Shown piece by piece: positions 9,886 to 20,403 of a stretch of 64,000 nucleotides of DNA. This stretch comes from an uncultured bacterium (GTDB lineage Bacteria; CG03; SLGR01; JAGXOG01). The position numbers and the translations under genes were made by a program. Each line of letters opens with the position of its first letter. The first letter of the stretch is position 1. The notes beneath the pieces were generated by a model. It was not told the DNA's origin and did no database searches. It worked only from the letters and a program-made list of their open reading frames with translations. Location of the stretch: assembly GCA_964476445.1 (NCBI GenBank), contig CAYZAK010000004.1:491-64490 (forward strand), written 5' to 3'.

Positions 9886-11011
9886 GAATTTTAAAAGAAA
9901 TATATATAAATTTTTCCGCCAGCCTTTTTATGGGATGAAAGTTTTTTTAAAAAGGGTAAAAGCTGCTCTTTACTATAAACTGGGCCGGGGTCAGGCTCCT
10001 TTACCCGAAGCCGTTACTCTGTTTCTTACCCGCAGATGCAATCTTAAATGCAAAATGTGTGGTCAGTGGGGGGACCAGGGAGTTACCAAAAAAGGCAATA
10101 AAATTCAGCCGGATATGCCTCTGAAAAAATTAAGAGAAGTTATTTTGACTCTGGCTGAATTTAGACCTTCGATAACATTGTTCGGTGGAGAGCCTCTTCT
10201 TTATACTGAAATAGAAGAAATAATAAAATTGATAAAAAGAAACCAGCTGCACTGTGTAATGATAACCAATGGATATTTACTTGAAAAATATGCCCGGATT
10301 ATTACCAGTGAAGAGCTTGACGAACTAAATATATCTATTGATGGTCCAAAAAAAGTTCATGATAAGATAAGGGGAATCAACGGACTTTACAGTAAAATAG
10401 AAGAGGGAATTAAAGCGGTACATAACTTAAAAAAAGGGAAAAAACCGCTCATAAATTTGCAGACAACTATAACGAAATACAATATAAATGATATTGTGGA
10501 TATGCTGAATGTGGCTGAAGAGTTTAAAGCGGATTCTATAACTTTTCACCATCTTATATTTCTTGATAAAGAAGATATAAAAAATACGGAGGCACGGTTT
10601 CCTTCACTGGGCTGTAAAGACTGGGAGGGTTTTGTATTTAAACCCGGTATTGAACCGGGGAAATTGAGTGATATTATCGGGGAAATAAATGATAAAGCTA
10701 AAAACAGACCGTTTTCTGTTAATGTTTATCCGAATTTTAGTCCCAAAGAGATAGAACAATATTATCGGGACAGAAAATATTTTCCAAAATCTTACAGCGG
10801 CAGATGTAAATCTTCCTGGCTGTGCGCTTATGTGTTTCCGGACGGGGAACTAAGACCCTGTCTTAATTTCAAGTACAGTTTCGGTAATTTAAAAAACGAA
10901 AAATTTGAAGATGTCTGGAATTCCGAAAAGGCAGTTAAATTTAGAAAAATGCTTACTGATAATTGTCGATTTCCGGTCTGTTCGAGATGTACGGAGATTT
11001 TTAGATATTGA
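9872..11011 (+). CDS. Radical SAM enzyme with C-terminal SPASM-like cysteine cluster
   Basis: CNLKCKMCGQW (C-x3-C-x2-C). Glycine-rich SAM site LFGGEPLL. C-terminal CKSSWLC...C-x..CRFPVCSRC auxiliary Fe-S-like cysteines. Overlaps the upstream gene by 14 nt. Confidence 0.7.
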   Translation: MFPVKNFKRNIYKFFRQPFYGMKVFLKRVKAALYYKLGRGQAPLPEAVTLFLTRRCNLKCKMCGQWGDQGVTKKGNKIQPDMPLKKLREVILTLAEFRPSITLFGGEPLLYTEIEEIIKLIKRNQLHCVMITNGYLLEKYARIITSEELDELNISIDGPKKVHDKIRGINGLYSKIEEGIKAVHNLKKGKKPLINLQTTITKYNINDIVDMLNVAEEFKADSITFHHLIFLDKEDIKNTEARFPSLGCKDWEGFVFKPGIEPGKLSDIIGEINDKAKNRPFSVNVYPNFSPKEIEQYYRDRKYFPKSYSGRCKSSWLCAYVFPDGELRPCLNFKYSFGNLKNEKFEDVWNSEKAVKFRKMLTDNCRFPVCSRCTEIFRY

Positions 11012-12120
11012 AAGTTTTACATATTATAACCAGGCTGGATCCGGGAGGTTCCAGCGATATGTGTCTGAAAATTTCGGGGATGCTCCAAAAAAAGAAAGTG
11101 AAAAGTTACGTGGCTTCCGGACCGACTCAAGCCCGGGTGAACGATAATATTATTTCTCTTAGATTTTTGAAGAGAGAAATCTCTCTATTTTGGGATTGTC
11201 TCGCCGTTGCTGAGATTTTTTTTTTATGCCTCCGGTTAAAACCGGATATACTTCACCTGCATACTTCTAAAGCCGGATTCGCCGGCCGGATGGGGGGCTT
11301 TATGGCCGGGGTAAAAAAAATATTTTATCAACCTCACGGTATAGTATTTTACGGATATTTTTCACGGCTAAAAAGCAAGATTGTGCTGTCGGCGGAAAAA
11401 TTACTGGCCCCTCTGGCAGAAAAAATAATTGTATTGACTCCCAATGCTAAAAGAGAATTTCTCTCTTATGGAGTAGGAAAAGAAAAGCAGTTTCGGATAC
11501 TTGAAAACGGGATATGTCCGGAAAACTTTAACAGAGATAAAAAACTCAAAAATCAATTAAGAAAAAAATTTCATATAAAAGAAGATGAACTGGTTTTCGG
11601 AATGGCCGGCCGGTTAGTGCCTCTTAAAGGCCACCGTTTTTTCATAAAAGTTTTTTCTAAACTGGTTAAAACCGGGTCAAAAACAAAAGCGGTTATAATA
11701 GGAGCCGGTCCCGAAGACCCCGGACTTAAAAAAGTAGTTGAAAAATACGGGCTTAAAGATAAAGTTATATTTACCGGTTACCGAAAAGATATGGAAAAAG
11801 CGATACAGCTAATGGATGTACTAATACAACCTTCTTTGGTTGAAGGTTTCGGGCTCACTTTAATAGAAGCGGGAGCTGCCGGGATACCGGCAGTAGGGTT
11901 TAAAGTGGGGGGAATAAGGGATATAATTAAAAATATGTATAATGGTATTTTAGTGGATTGCAAGGATATTAAAGGTATTTACAAAGCAATGCAATATTTT
12001 ATTGATAATCCAGCAAAGGTAGAAGATATGGGCAAAAATGCCAAAAAAAGGGTTCAAAAACATTATACTCTGGATAACATGCAAAAAAAACTGTACAGAA
12101 TTTACGGGTTAACAACATGA
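11008..12120 (+). CDS. GT4-family glycosyltransferase
   Basis: EGFGLTLIEAGAAGIPAVGFKVGGIRDII motif. TTG start overlapping the upstream TGA. Confidence 0.75.
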   Translation: MKVLHIITRLDPGGSSDMCLKISGMLQKKKVKSYVASGPTQARVNDNIISLRFLKREISLFWDCLAVAEIFFLCLRLKPDILHLHTSKAGFAGRMGGFMAGVKKIFYQPHGIVFYGYFSRLKSKIVLSAEKLLAPLAEKIIVLTPNAKREFLSYGVGKEKQFRILENGICPENFNRDKKLKNQLRKKFHIKEDELVFGMAGRLVPLKGHRFFIKVFSKLVKTGSKTKAVIIGAGPEDPGLKKVVEKYGLKDKVIFTGYRKDMEKAIQLMDVLIQPSLVEGFGLTLIEAGAAGIPAVGFKVGGIRDIIKNMYNGILVDCKDIKGIYKAMQYFIDNPAKVEDMGKNAKKRVQKHYTLDNMQKKLYRIYGLTT

Positions 12121-12785
12121 GGCTGGGAATACATCAACCTCAGTATATGCCCTGGTTGGGATATCTGGATAAGATAAACAAATGCAAAAATTTTGTTTTT
12201 TTGGATGATGTACAGTACAAAAAACGGGAATTTCAAAACAGGAATCGGATAAAGACGCCCCAGGGAACCATGTGGCTTACCGTACCGGTAAGGGTAAAAG
12301 GACGATATTACCAGAATATAAATGAAGTGGTTATAAATAATAATACTAACTGGCAGAAAGAACATATAAAAGCTATACAACATAATTACAGCAGCTGCAG
12401 GTATTTTGAAAAATATTATCCTTTAATTAAAGAAATTGTAATGAAAGATTGGGAAATGCTCTGGGCACTTAATATGGAAGTTATAAAATTTTTTATGAAA
12501 ATTTTTAAGATTAATCCCCCGTACGTAATGAGTTCGGATATGGATATTAGAACCACTAAGACCCGGAGGCTGGTGGATATGTGTAAAAAACTTAATGCCG
12601 ATGAATATCTCAGCGGGACAGGGGCCAAAGATTATATGAAAGAAAATCTTTTTAGAAAATCCGGGATAAAACTTTCTTATCAAAAATTTAAACATCCCGA
12701 ATATTCCCAGAATTTTGAAGGATTTATCTCCCATCTCAGCGCTTTAGATTATCTTTTTAACTGCGGCCCGAATTTATTTAACTAA
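12117..12785 (+). CDS. WbqC-like family protein (O-antigen/glycan cluster protein of unknown function)
   Basis: N-terminus MRLGIHQPQYMPWLGYLDKI matches the WbqC family start (HQP.Y.PWLGY.DKI). ATGA overlap with the upstream gene. Confidence 0.6.
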   Translation: MRLGIHQPQYMPWLGYLDKINKCKNFVFLDDVQYKKREFQNRNRIKTPQGTMWLTVPVRVKGRYYQNINEVVINNNTNWQKEHIKAIQHNYSSCRYFEKYYPLIKEIVMKDWEMLWALNMEVIKFFMKIFKINPPYVMSSDMDIRTTKTRRLVDMCKKLNADEYLSGTGAKDYMKENLFRKSGIKLSYQKFKHPEYSQNFEGFISHLSALDYLFNCGPNLFN

Positions 12786-12920
12786 TTTATTCTGTTAATT
12801 CAAACTTTAAATTATTCGAATTTGTAGTACATAAAACTATGTATGAACTATTTGACATTTAAAATTTGATTTAATAGGTTATTATGCATTCATTTTTAAA
12901 ATTTTAACTTTTTTATGAGT

Positions 12921-12997
12921 GGGCCGCTAGCTCAACCCGGCAGAGCAACGGACTCTTAATCCGTAGGTTCGGGGTTCGATTCCCCGGCGGCTCACCA
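12921..12997 (+). tRNA. tRNA-Lys (anticodon CTT), CCA encoded
   Basis: GGGCCGC acceptor stem. TAGCTCA D-loop. Anticodon stem ACGGA/TCCGT with loop CTCTTAA. GGTTCGATTCC T-arm. Terminal CTCACCA. Confidence 0.85.
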
Positions 12998-13046
12998 TTT
13001 AAAGTTAAATTAAAAATTTAGTTTAGGATAACGTAATTTTAAAAGT

Positions 13047-13131
13047 GTCGCGGTGGCGGAACTGGCAGACGCGCCAGGTTTAGGACCTGGTTCTTTTAGG
13101 AGTGCGAGTTCAAATCTCGCCCGCGACACCA
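13047..13131 (+). tRNA. tRNA-Leu (anticodon TAG), class II with long variable arm, CCA encoded
   Basis: GTCGCGG/CCGCGAC acceptor. Anticodon stem CCAGG/CCTGG with loop TTTAGGA. Long extra arm. GAGTTCAAATCTC T-arm. ACCA end. Confidence 0.85.
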
Positions 13132-13177
13132 ACATTTTTAATGATGACGGAGAAAATATTTAAAAAGAGGTATAAAT

Positions 13178-14434
13178 ATGGAAAATTTAGATTATAAATT
13201 AGAAAAAAAACCCAAGTGTATAATTGAACTGGATATAACTATACCCTGGGAAGATTTAAAAGAAGAACTTGAAGGAATATATCTTGATATTAAGAATAAC
13301 GTAAAGATGCCCGGTTTCCGAAAGGGCAAAATTCCCATGAGCCAGATAAAAAATCAGTACCGCCAGCAGGCCCGGGGGCAGCTGATTCAGGAAGTTTTAC
13401 CCGACATACTGGATAATATTTTTAAACAGGAAAAAATTGTTCCGGTGACTACACCGCAGATTAAAAATTACAATTTTAAAGAAGACGAGGCATTAACTCT
13501 TAGCGTTAGCGTGGAAACTTCCCCGGACGTAAAATTAAAAAAGTACAAAAAATTGAAATTAGAGAAGAAGATAAAGCCCATTGAAGATGAAGAGATTCAG
13601 GGCACTATTCAGAATTTAAGAGAGCGCAACGCTTCTCTTAAGGGAAAAGAAGGTAAAGTGGAAGACGGTGATTTTCCGGTGGTGGAGTATAAAACCTTTT
13701 TAAACGGTAAAGAGATTGATCCCGGTATTCCTCAGGAAAGAATTGTGGAAGTGGGAAATGATAAGGCGATGCCCGGGTTTGGGGAAAAACTTAAAGGTTT
13801 AGAAAAGGGTGATGAAGAGAAAATAAGTTACCGGTTTCCCGAGAAATACCGTAAAAAAGAACTCCGAGGCAGAAAAGCGGATTTTGAAATTAAAGTTAAA
13901 GAAATAAAGGAGAAAGAATTACCGGCTGTAGAAGATATAGCAAAAAACCTTGATTTTGAAAGTGAAAAAGAAATGAAAAAACATATCCGGGAGAGTCTAG
14001 AAAACCAGATCGAACAGTCGGCCCAGAAAGAACTTGAAGAACAGATAATAGATGAAATGATAGATAAACACGATTTGGAAGTTCCGGACGGACTGGTTAA
14101 GGAAAGTTTTGAAAAAAACAAAGAACAGATGGAGAACTATTTAAAGCGACAGGGCGGTGATCCGTCTATGATAGAGGATGAAAAAATTCAAAAACAAAGC
14201 GAAAGAGAAGTTAAAGCCGGGCTTCTTCTTTCCAAAGTTGCCCAGGAAGAAGATATAAAAGTGACTCCCGAAGATAGGGAAGAAGAAAAGGATAATTTAA
14301 GAAAAATGTACGGAGAGAATACACCAGATAATTTAGATGAGTATGTTAATGATAATAAAATTTTGACCGGAAAGGTCTTTGATTTTTTGAAGGATAAAGC
14401 TAAAATAAAAGAAAAGAAAGTAAAGAAAAAATAA
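13178..14434 (+). CDS. tig: Trigger factor (ribosome-associated PPIase chaperone)
   Basis: Signature PGFRKGKIP in the N-terminal ribosome-binding domain. FKBP-like middle domain (GEKLKGLEKGDE). About 420 aa. Sits upstream of clpP-clpX as in most bacteria. Confidence 0.85.
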   Translation: MENLDYKLEKKPKCIIELDITIPWEDLKEELEGIYLDIKNNVKMPGFRKGKIPMSQIKNQYRQQARGQLIQEVLPDILDNIFKQEKIVPVTTPQIKNYNFKEDEALTLSVSVETSPDVKLKKYKKLKLEKKIKPIEDEEIQGTIQNLRERNASLKGKEGKVEDGDFPVVEYKTFLNGKEIDPGIPQERIVEVGNDKAMPGFGEKLKGLEKGDEEKISYRFPEKYRKKELRGRKADFEIKVKEIKEKELPAVEDIAKNLDFESEKEMKKHIRESLENQIEQSAQKELEEQIIDEMIDKHDLEVPDGLVKESFEKNKEQMENYLKRQGGDPSMIEDEKIQKQSEREVKAGLLLSKVAQEEDIKVTPEDREEEKDNLRKMYGENTPDNLDEYVNDNKILTGKVFDFLKDKAKIKEKKVKKK

Positions 14435-14446
14435 CAGGAGTATAAT

Positions 14447-15079
14447 ATGAATTATAAATCCAGTACAATGAATGAAGAACTTATGCAGCTGGTACCCATG
14501 GTTGTAGAAAAAACCCAGCGTGGCGAGAGAGCTTTTGACATATTTTCCCGTCTACTTAAAGATAGAATAATTTTTGTAGGCACGCCTATGAATGATACGG
14601 TATCTAATTTAATAATTGCTCAGCTTCTTTTTTTAGAAGCTGAAAATCCTGATAAGGAGATATCCCTTTATATAAATACTCCAGGGGGAGTAGTTACTTC
14701 CGGGCTGGCAGTTTATGATACCATGCAGTATATAAAACCCAAGATTTCAACTATATGCATGGGGCAGGCGGCCAGTATGGGCGCGGTACTTTTGGCAGCC
14801 GGTGAAGAGGGCAAAAGATTTGCTCTTCCCAACGCCCGGGTGATGATCCACCAGCCTCTCGGTGGCGTACAGGGGCAGGCTACAGATATCGGAATTCAGG
14901 CCGAGGAGATAATGAGAGTAAAGAAAAGGATTAATGAGATTCTTGCCCGTCATACCGGACAGGATATAGAAAAGATAAAAAAAGATACGGAAAGAGATTT
15001 TTTCATGGATGCCAAAACTGCTCAGGATTACGGAATAGTTGATGAAGTTATATCAAGTCGACGCCAGGTGGAGAAATAA
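14447..15079 (+). CDS. clpP: ATP-dependent Clp protease proteolytic subunit
   Basis: Catalytic Ser context GQAASMGA. His context [14 protein letters not shown] start region. Confidence 0.92.
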   Translation: MNYKSSTMNEELMQLVPMVVEKTQRGERAFDIFSRLLKDRIIFVGTPMNDTVSNLIIAQLLFLEAENPDKEISLYINTPGGVVTSGLAVYDTMQYIKPKISTICMGQAASMGAVLLAAGEEGKRFALPNARVMIHQPLGGVQGQATDIGIQAEEIMRVKKRINEILARHTGQDIEKIKKDTERDFFMDAKTAQDYGIVDEVISSRRQVEK

Positions 15080-15082
15080 GTT

Positions 15083-16360
15083 ATGTCTGATGACGGAGTA
15101 TATAAGTACAACTTGAAAAAATGCACGTTCTGCGGGAAGAGTGAAAAGGAAGCCCAGAAACTGATAGGGGGGAAGGATACCTATATCTGTGCTGAATGTA
15201 TAGAGACTTCCCACCATATTATAAATCAGACTCTCAAAAAAGAGGAACAAAAAACCAAGCGGCCAATACCTCGCCCCCGTGTTATTAAAGAATTTCTGGA
15301 CGAGTATGTTATAGGACAGGAAGAGTCCAAGAAGATGATTTCCGTGGCTGTTTACAATCACTACAAGAGAGCCAGCGTTAACAAGAAAGGCCCTTTTATA
15401 TTACCCGATTCCCGGGATAATGACGTAAAAGTTGATCAGGATATAGAACTGGAAAAATCAAATGTTCTTATGATAGGCCCCACGGGAACGGGAAAGACAT
15501 TTATGGCCCGAACTCTGGCCAGGATACTCGATGTGCCCTTCGCCATAACGGATGCCACAACTTTAACCGAAGCCGGATATGTGGGGGAAGATGTGGAAAA
15601 TATTCTATTGAGGCTGCTTCAGAACGCTTCTTTTGATAAAAAACTGGCCGAGTGGGGAATAATATACGTGGATGAGATAGATAAGATCGCTCGTAAATCT
15701 GAGTCGCCTTCCATCACCAGAGACGTTTCGGGAGAAGGCGTACAGCAGGCTCTGTTAAAAATTTTAGAAGGGACTGTTGCCAACGTACCCCCTAAGGGCG
15801 GCCGTAAACATCCTAACCAGAAGTTTATAAAGTTCGATACTACCAATGTTTTGTTTATCTGCGGGGGAGCTTTCAGCGGCTTGGAGGATATAGCAGCTGA
15901 AAGGTTAAGCGATAAAAAAGTAGGTTTTGGAGCTGAACTGGTAAAATCCAGATCTAAAGATGTGGGGGAAGTCATAAAACATGTAGAACCCGAGGATATA
16001 ATAAAATACGGAATAATACCGGAATTAATGGGTAGGCTGCCGGTAGTGGGCCCTTTTCATAATTTAAGCGAGGAGGATCTGGTAAAAATACTTACCCAGC
16101 CTAAAAATTCTCTGGTTAAGCAGTATAAAAAATTGTTTGCCCTGGAGGGTATAGAATTAACCATAACCGATTCCGCTTTACATACTGTAGCCAGCAGGGC
16201 CAAACAAAAGTCCAGCGGTGCCCGGGGTTTAAAGACCATCATGGAAAAAATTATGGTTGAAATAATGTATGATATACCTGAAAGGAAAAATATAGTTGAA
16301 TGCGTTATTAATAAAGAAGTCATTGACAACAGCAAGAAACCTGTTTTAAAGACTGCTTAA
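15083..16360 (+). CDS. clpX: ATP-dependent Clp protease ATP-binding subunit ClpX
   Basis: N-terminal C4 zinc finger (CTFCGK...CAECIE). Walker [18 protein letters not shown] Walker B. About 425 aa. Confidence 0.92.
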   Translation: MSDDGVYKYNLKKCTFCGKSEKEAQKLIGGKDTYICAECIETSHHIINQTLKKEEQKTKRPIPRPRVIKEFLDEYVIGQEESKKMISVAVYNHYKRASVNKKGPFILPDSRDNDVKVDQDIELEKSNVLMIGPTGTGKTFMARTLARILDVPFAITDATTLTEAGYVGEDVENILLRLLQNASFDKKLAEWGIIYVDEIDKIARKSESPSITRDVSGEGVQQALLKILEGTVANVPPKGGRKHPNQKFIKFDTTNVLFICGGAFSGLEDIAAERLSDKKVGFGAELVKSRSKDVGEVIKHVEPEDIIKYGIIPELMGRLPVVGPFHNLSEEDLVKILTQPKNSLVKQYKKLFALEGIELTITDSALHTVASRAKQKSSGARGLKTIMEKIMVEIMYDIPERKNIVECVINKEVIDNSKKPVLKTA

Positions 16361-18681
16361 TGACCGCAGATAAAAAAGTGAAAAAAAAGCTACCCCTGCT
16401 TCCGATTAGGGATATTGTTATTTTTCCCCACTCCTATGTTCAGCTGGCGGTGGGAAGATCAACATCCGTCAATGCTCTTAAAAAAGCTGAAAACACATCC
16501 GGGAAGCTTGTAATAGCCGCCCAGAAAGATATTTACGTTGAGAATCCAGAAAAAGAAGATATTTTTGATGTGGGAATTATTGTAGAAGTTAGGGACAGGC
16601 TGAAACTTTCCGATGGAACGTACAAAGTAATTATAGGGGGTAAAGACAGGGTAATATTAAATGATATCCGGGATACGGGATCTTTTCTGGAGACAGATAT
16701 TGTTATTCCTCCGGTTTCTGTATCAGATGGCCAAAAAACAGAAGTACGGGCCATAAAATCCACAGTTCTGGATCTTTTTAAGGAATACGTAAAGTTGAAG
16801 TCCGGTTTGGACCAATCTATAATTGTTACTATTTCCGAAATAGAATCTCCCGGGGAACTGGCCGATGTAATTATAGGTCATCTGGGCTTGAAAAAGAAAA
16901 AAGCCCAGAAGCTTTTAGAGGAATTCGATCCGGTAAAAAGGTTAAAAGCTCTGGGCAGAATATTAAAAAAAGAGATAGAAGTACAGAAGGTAAAAGAAAA
17001 TTTAAAAAAACAGTTTAATCCCCGGTCCGGACAAAAAAGTAAAAAAGATGATGACGATATACTAAAACAGGTCAAGGCCATGAAAAAGGATTTTATGGGA
17101 AGTCAGGAGAATAAAGAAGGCACAGAATACGAAAAAAAGATTAAGAATTCAGGGATGACCGCGCAGGCTAAACAAGCAGGATTAAAGGAGGCAAAAAGGT
17201 TAAAAAAAATGATGCCCTATTCCCCGCAGGCTTCGGTGGTTAGGACTTACCTGGACTGGCTGATTAAACTGCCTTGGCAGAATACTACACCGGATGAAAA
17301 TGATCTTAAAAAGTCGTTCCGTATTCTGGAAAACGAACATTACGGCTTAGAAGAAGCCAAGGATATGATTTTAGAACACCTGGCAGTCACTAAATTATCC
17401 AATGAACTTAAAACTCCTATCTTATGTTTTGTAGGGCCCCCGGGGACAGGCAAAACTTCATTTGGTAAAGCGGTCGCCCGGGCTATGAACCGAAAATTTA
17501 CCCGGGTATCTTTAGGGGGGATAAGGGACGAAGCGGAGATTCGAGGACACCGGAGAACATATATAGGAGCACTTCCGGGCCGAATAATTCAGTCTCTGAC
17601 TAAGGTCGGCTCCCGGAACCCGGTTTTTATACTTGACGAAGTGGATAAAATGGGCAAGGATTTCCGGGGTGATCCGGCGTCGGCACTTTTAGAAGCGCTG
17701 GATCCCGAACAAAACAGCCATTTTAGCGATCATTATCTGGAAGTTGATTTTGATCTTTCCGATGTTATGTTTATAACCACGGCCAATACTACAGCTACGA
17801 TACCTCCCACTTTACTTGACCGGATGGAGATTATAAAATTTCCCGGTTATACATTAAATGAAAAATTAAATATAGCTAAAAAATTTCTCGTTCCCAAACA
17901 GCAAAAAAAAGCCGGTCTCGGTGATTACAGAATAAATTTTGTAGATAAGGCCATAAAAATTATAATTAACAAGTACACCCAGGAAGCGGGAGTTCGAAAT
18001 GTGGAGCGGGAAATAGGAAAAGTGATGAGGAAGTTGGCCAGGGAAGTTGCCGAAGGGAAACGGAAAACCGCCAAGCTTACCGAAAATAATTTAGAAAATT
18101 TTTTGGGTGTCCCAAAATTCAATTACCCTCATAAAAGAAAGAACGATATAGGCATAGCTACAGGTCTTTCATGGACCCAGAAAGGCGGGGATACCATTTC
18201 TATAGAGATATCTTTAATGCCCGGCGACGGTAAATTAAAACTGACCGGAAAACTGGGAGACGTAATGAAAGAATCAGCCCAGACGGCGGTAAGTTATGTG
18301 AGGGCCAATGCTCATAATTTAACCGTCCCTGCTGATTTTTACAAGAATAAGGATATACACATTCATGTTCCTGCCGGGGCCATACCCAAGGAAGGTCCTT
18401 CAGCGGGAATAACTATCTGTACAGCCCTGGTTTCAGCCCTGAGAAAGACTCCGGTAAGGGAAGACGTGGCCATGACCGGGGAAATAACTTTAAGCGGCAA
18501 GGTACTGGGAATCGGGGGGGTTAAAGAAAAAATATTAGCCGCCCACCGGTCCGGTTATAAAAAGGTAATTTTCCCTTCAGATAACAAAAAGAATATCACC
18601 GAAATACCGGAAAGAGTTAAAAAAGAGTTGAACTTGTTTCCGGTGGAAAAGTTTGAGGAGGTTGATAAAATTGTATTCTAA
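16360..18681 (+). CDS. lon: Lon protease
   Basis: Walker [10 protein letters not shown]. Catalytic Ser [10 protein letters not shown], with the catalytic Lys region downstream. N-terminal LON substrate-binding domain. 773 aa. Confidence 0.92.
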   Translation: MTADKKVKKKLPLLPIRDIVIFPHSYVQLAVGRSTSVNALKKAENTSGKLVIAAQKDIYVENPEKEDIFDVGIIVEVRDRLKLSDGTYKVIIGGKDRVILNDIRDTGSFLETDIVIPPVSVSDGQKTEVRAIKSTVLDLFKEYVKLKSGLDQSIIVTISEIESPGELADVIIGHLGLKKKKAQKLLEEFDPVKRLKALGRILKKEIEVQKVKENLKKQFNPRSGQKSKKDDDDILKQVKAMKKDFMGSQENKEGTEYEKKIKNSGMTAQAKQAGLKEAKRLKKMMPYSPQASVVRTYLDWLIKLPWQNTTPDENDLKKSFRILENEHYGLEEAKDMILEHLAVTKLSNELKTPILCFVGPPGTGKTSFGKAVARAMNRKFTRVSLGGIRDEAEIRGHRRTYIGALPGRIIQSLTKVGSRNPVFILDEVDKMGKDFRGDPASALLEALDPEQNSHFSDHYLEVDFDLSDVMFITTANTTATIPPTLLDRMEIIKFPGYTLNEKLNIAKKFLVPKQQKKAGLGDYRINFVDKAIKIIINKYTQEAGVRNVEREIGKVMRKLAREVAEGKRKTAKLTENNLENFLGVPKFNYPHKRKNDIGIATGLSWTQKGGDTISIEISLMPGDGKLKLTGKLGDVMKESAQTAVSYVRANAHNLTVPADFYKNKDIHIHVPAGAIPKEGPSAGITICTALVSALRKTPVREDVAMTGEITLSGKVLGIGGVKEKILAAHRSGYKKVIFPSDNKKNITEIPERVKKELNLFPVEKFEEVDKIVF

Positions 18682-20233
18682 TTTTAAGATTTTAATTACG
18701 GATTCTATACATGACTCCGGAGTAAAAAAACTTAAAGACGCCGGGTTCCGGGTAGAAGAAGATACATCGTTAAACAAAGACCGGTTGAAAAAAAAGATTA
18801 AAGGTTACGATGGACTTGTAATAAGAAGCGGTACGGATGTCACATCTGATATTATAGAAAATGGATTTGATCTTAAAGTCATAGGCCGGGCCGGTATAGG
18901 GGTTGATAACATAGATGTTAAAGCAGCCACCCGGGCCGGAATACTGGTGATGAATATCCCGTCCGGAAATACAATTTCGGCCTGTGAACATACCTGGGCT
19001 CTTATAATGAGTCTGGCAAGAAATATTCCGTTTGCCCATCAGGCGCTGGCCGCGGGCCGGTGGGAAAAGAAAAAATTTAAGGGCACCGAGCTTTATTCAA
19101 AGAGTCTGGGGATAATTGGCCTGGGTAAGATAGGAACCGAGGTGGCTAAAAGGGCCGGAGTTTTTAATATGGAAGTTCTGGTTTATGATCCGTATTTAAG
19201 CAAAGAAAAAGCTAAAGATAGGGGAGTAAAAAAAGTTGAACTTGAAGAATTATTATCCCGGTCTGATATAGTTACCGTGCATGTCCCCGGAAACAAAAAA
19301 ACTGAAAATATGATAACTTCAAAAGCTTTTAAAGTAATGAAAAAAGAAGCTTTTTTTATAAATTGCGCCCGGGGCAGCGTGGTTGAAGAAAAAGCGCTCG
19401 CGAATGCGGTAAAAAATAAAGAGATCCGGGGAGCAGCTGTTGATGTTTATAAACAGGAGCCGGTTACGGATTCACCTTTAATAGGAGTTCCGGGTATAAT
19501 TCACACCCCTCATCTGGGAGCAGCAACCGTAGAAGCTCAAAAAAGAGTTGCGGTCCGGCTGGCCGATCAGATAATTAAATATTTCAAAAAAGATAAGATT
19601 AAGAATGCCGTAAACACCGTCTCTGTCGATATAGATGAAGAGGTTAAGAACCTGGCACGTAATTTGGGCGTTTTGTGTGGCACCCTGTCTGAAAATTTGA
19701 CAGACAAGGTAATAATAAGTTATATAAGTAAGCAGAGTAAATCCGGTGAGGAGGCAGTAAGCCGTACTGTAATAACCGGATATCTTTCTCAATTTAACGA
19801 AGGTATAAATTTTATTAACTGTAAATACATTGCCAAAGAAAAAGGGCTGGAACTGATTAGTCGAACTTCGAGTAAGGAAAATTGTCCTGTTGGAGTAACC
19901 GTTGAATTGAGCAGCGGATTAAAAGTGAGCGGTAAACTAATCGGAGATACGGCCAGATTGACCGGAATTAATGAATTTATTATAGATATACCACTTTTGG
20001 GCCGCATGTTGATAATTGAAAATCAAGATCGTCCTGGAGTTATAGGTAAACTGGGAACTCTTCTGGGGAAAAAAGGTATAAATATAGGTAATATGGAAGT
20101 TGGGCGGAAAGATGAAAAAAATAGTGCGGTAACCGTAATTGGGGTGGACCAGGAAGTACCTTCGGAAATAATTAGCCAGATAGGACAGATAAAAGACATT
20201 ATAAAAGTAAATAATTTTGTGGTGGGCCCGTAG
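18671..20233 (+). CDS. serA: D-3-phosphoglycerate dehydrogenase, long form with C-terminal ACT domain
   Basis: NAD-binding GRAGIGVDNIDV/GIIGLGKIG. Catalytic HTPHLG. About 520 aa with an ASB/ACT tail. The track ORF opens at 18653. The TTG at 18671 lies 9 nt downstream of GAGGAGG and is the more likely start. Confidence 0.85.
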   Translation: MYSNFKILITDSIHDSGVKKLKDAGFRVEEDTSLNKDRLKKKIKGYDGLVIRSGTDVTSDIIENGFDLKVIGRAGIGVDNIDVKAATRAGILVMNIPSGNTISACEHTWALIMSLARNIPFAHQALAAGRWEKKKFKGTELYSKSLGIIGLGKIGTEVAKRAGVFNMEVLVYDPYLSKEKAKDRGVKKVELEELLSRSDIVTVHVPGNKKTENMITSKAFKVMKKEAFFINCARGSVVEEKALANAVKNKEIRGAAVDVYKQEPVTDSPLIGVPGIIHTPHLGAATVEAQKRVAVRLADQIIKYFKKDKIKNAVNTVSVDIDEEVKNLARNLGVLCGTLSENLTDKVIISYISKQSKSGEEAVSRTVITGYLSQFNEGINFINCKYIAKEKGLELISRTSSKENCPVGVTVELSSGLKVSGKLIGDTARLTGINEFIIDIPLLGRMLIIENQDRPGVIGKLGTLLGKKGINIGNMEVGRKDEKNSAVTVIGVDQEVPSEIISQIGQIKDIIKVNNFVVGP

Positions 20234-20299
20234 CTCAGACGGCAGAGCAACGGCCTTTTAAGCCGTGGGTCGAAGGTTCGATTCCTTCCGGGCTCACCA
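20224..20299 (+). tRNA. tRNA-Lys (anticodon TTT), CCA encoded
   Basis: GGGCCCG acceptor. TAGCTCAGA D-arm. Anticodon stem ACGGC/GCCGT with loop CTTTTAA. GGTTCGATTCC T-arm. CTCACCA end. Its 5' end overlaps the last 10 nt of serA. Confidence 0.85.
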
Positions 20300-20403
20300 A
20301 TTATTTACAATAAAAATTAATATTTAAATTTATCTATTTAAGTTACACTTCACACATAAATAAGGCAACTCTTTATAATTATACATAAATTCGGAGGAGA
20401 AAT

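Noticed and set aside
10905-11147. 80-aa + strand ORF spanning the radical SAM/GT4 junction in a third frame
   Set aside because: It overlaps two well-supported genes out of frame. It is arginine/serine-rich with no motif.
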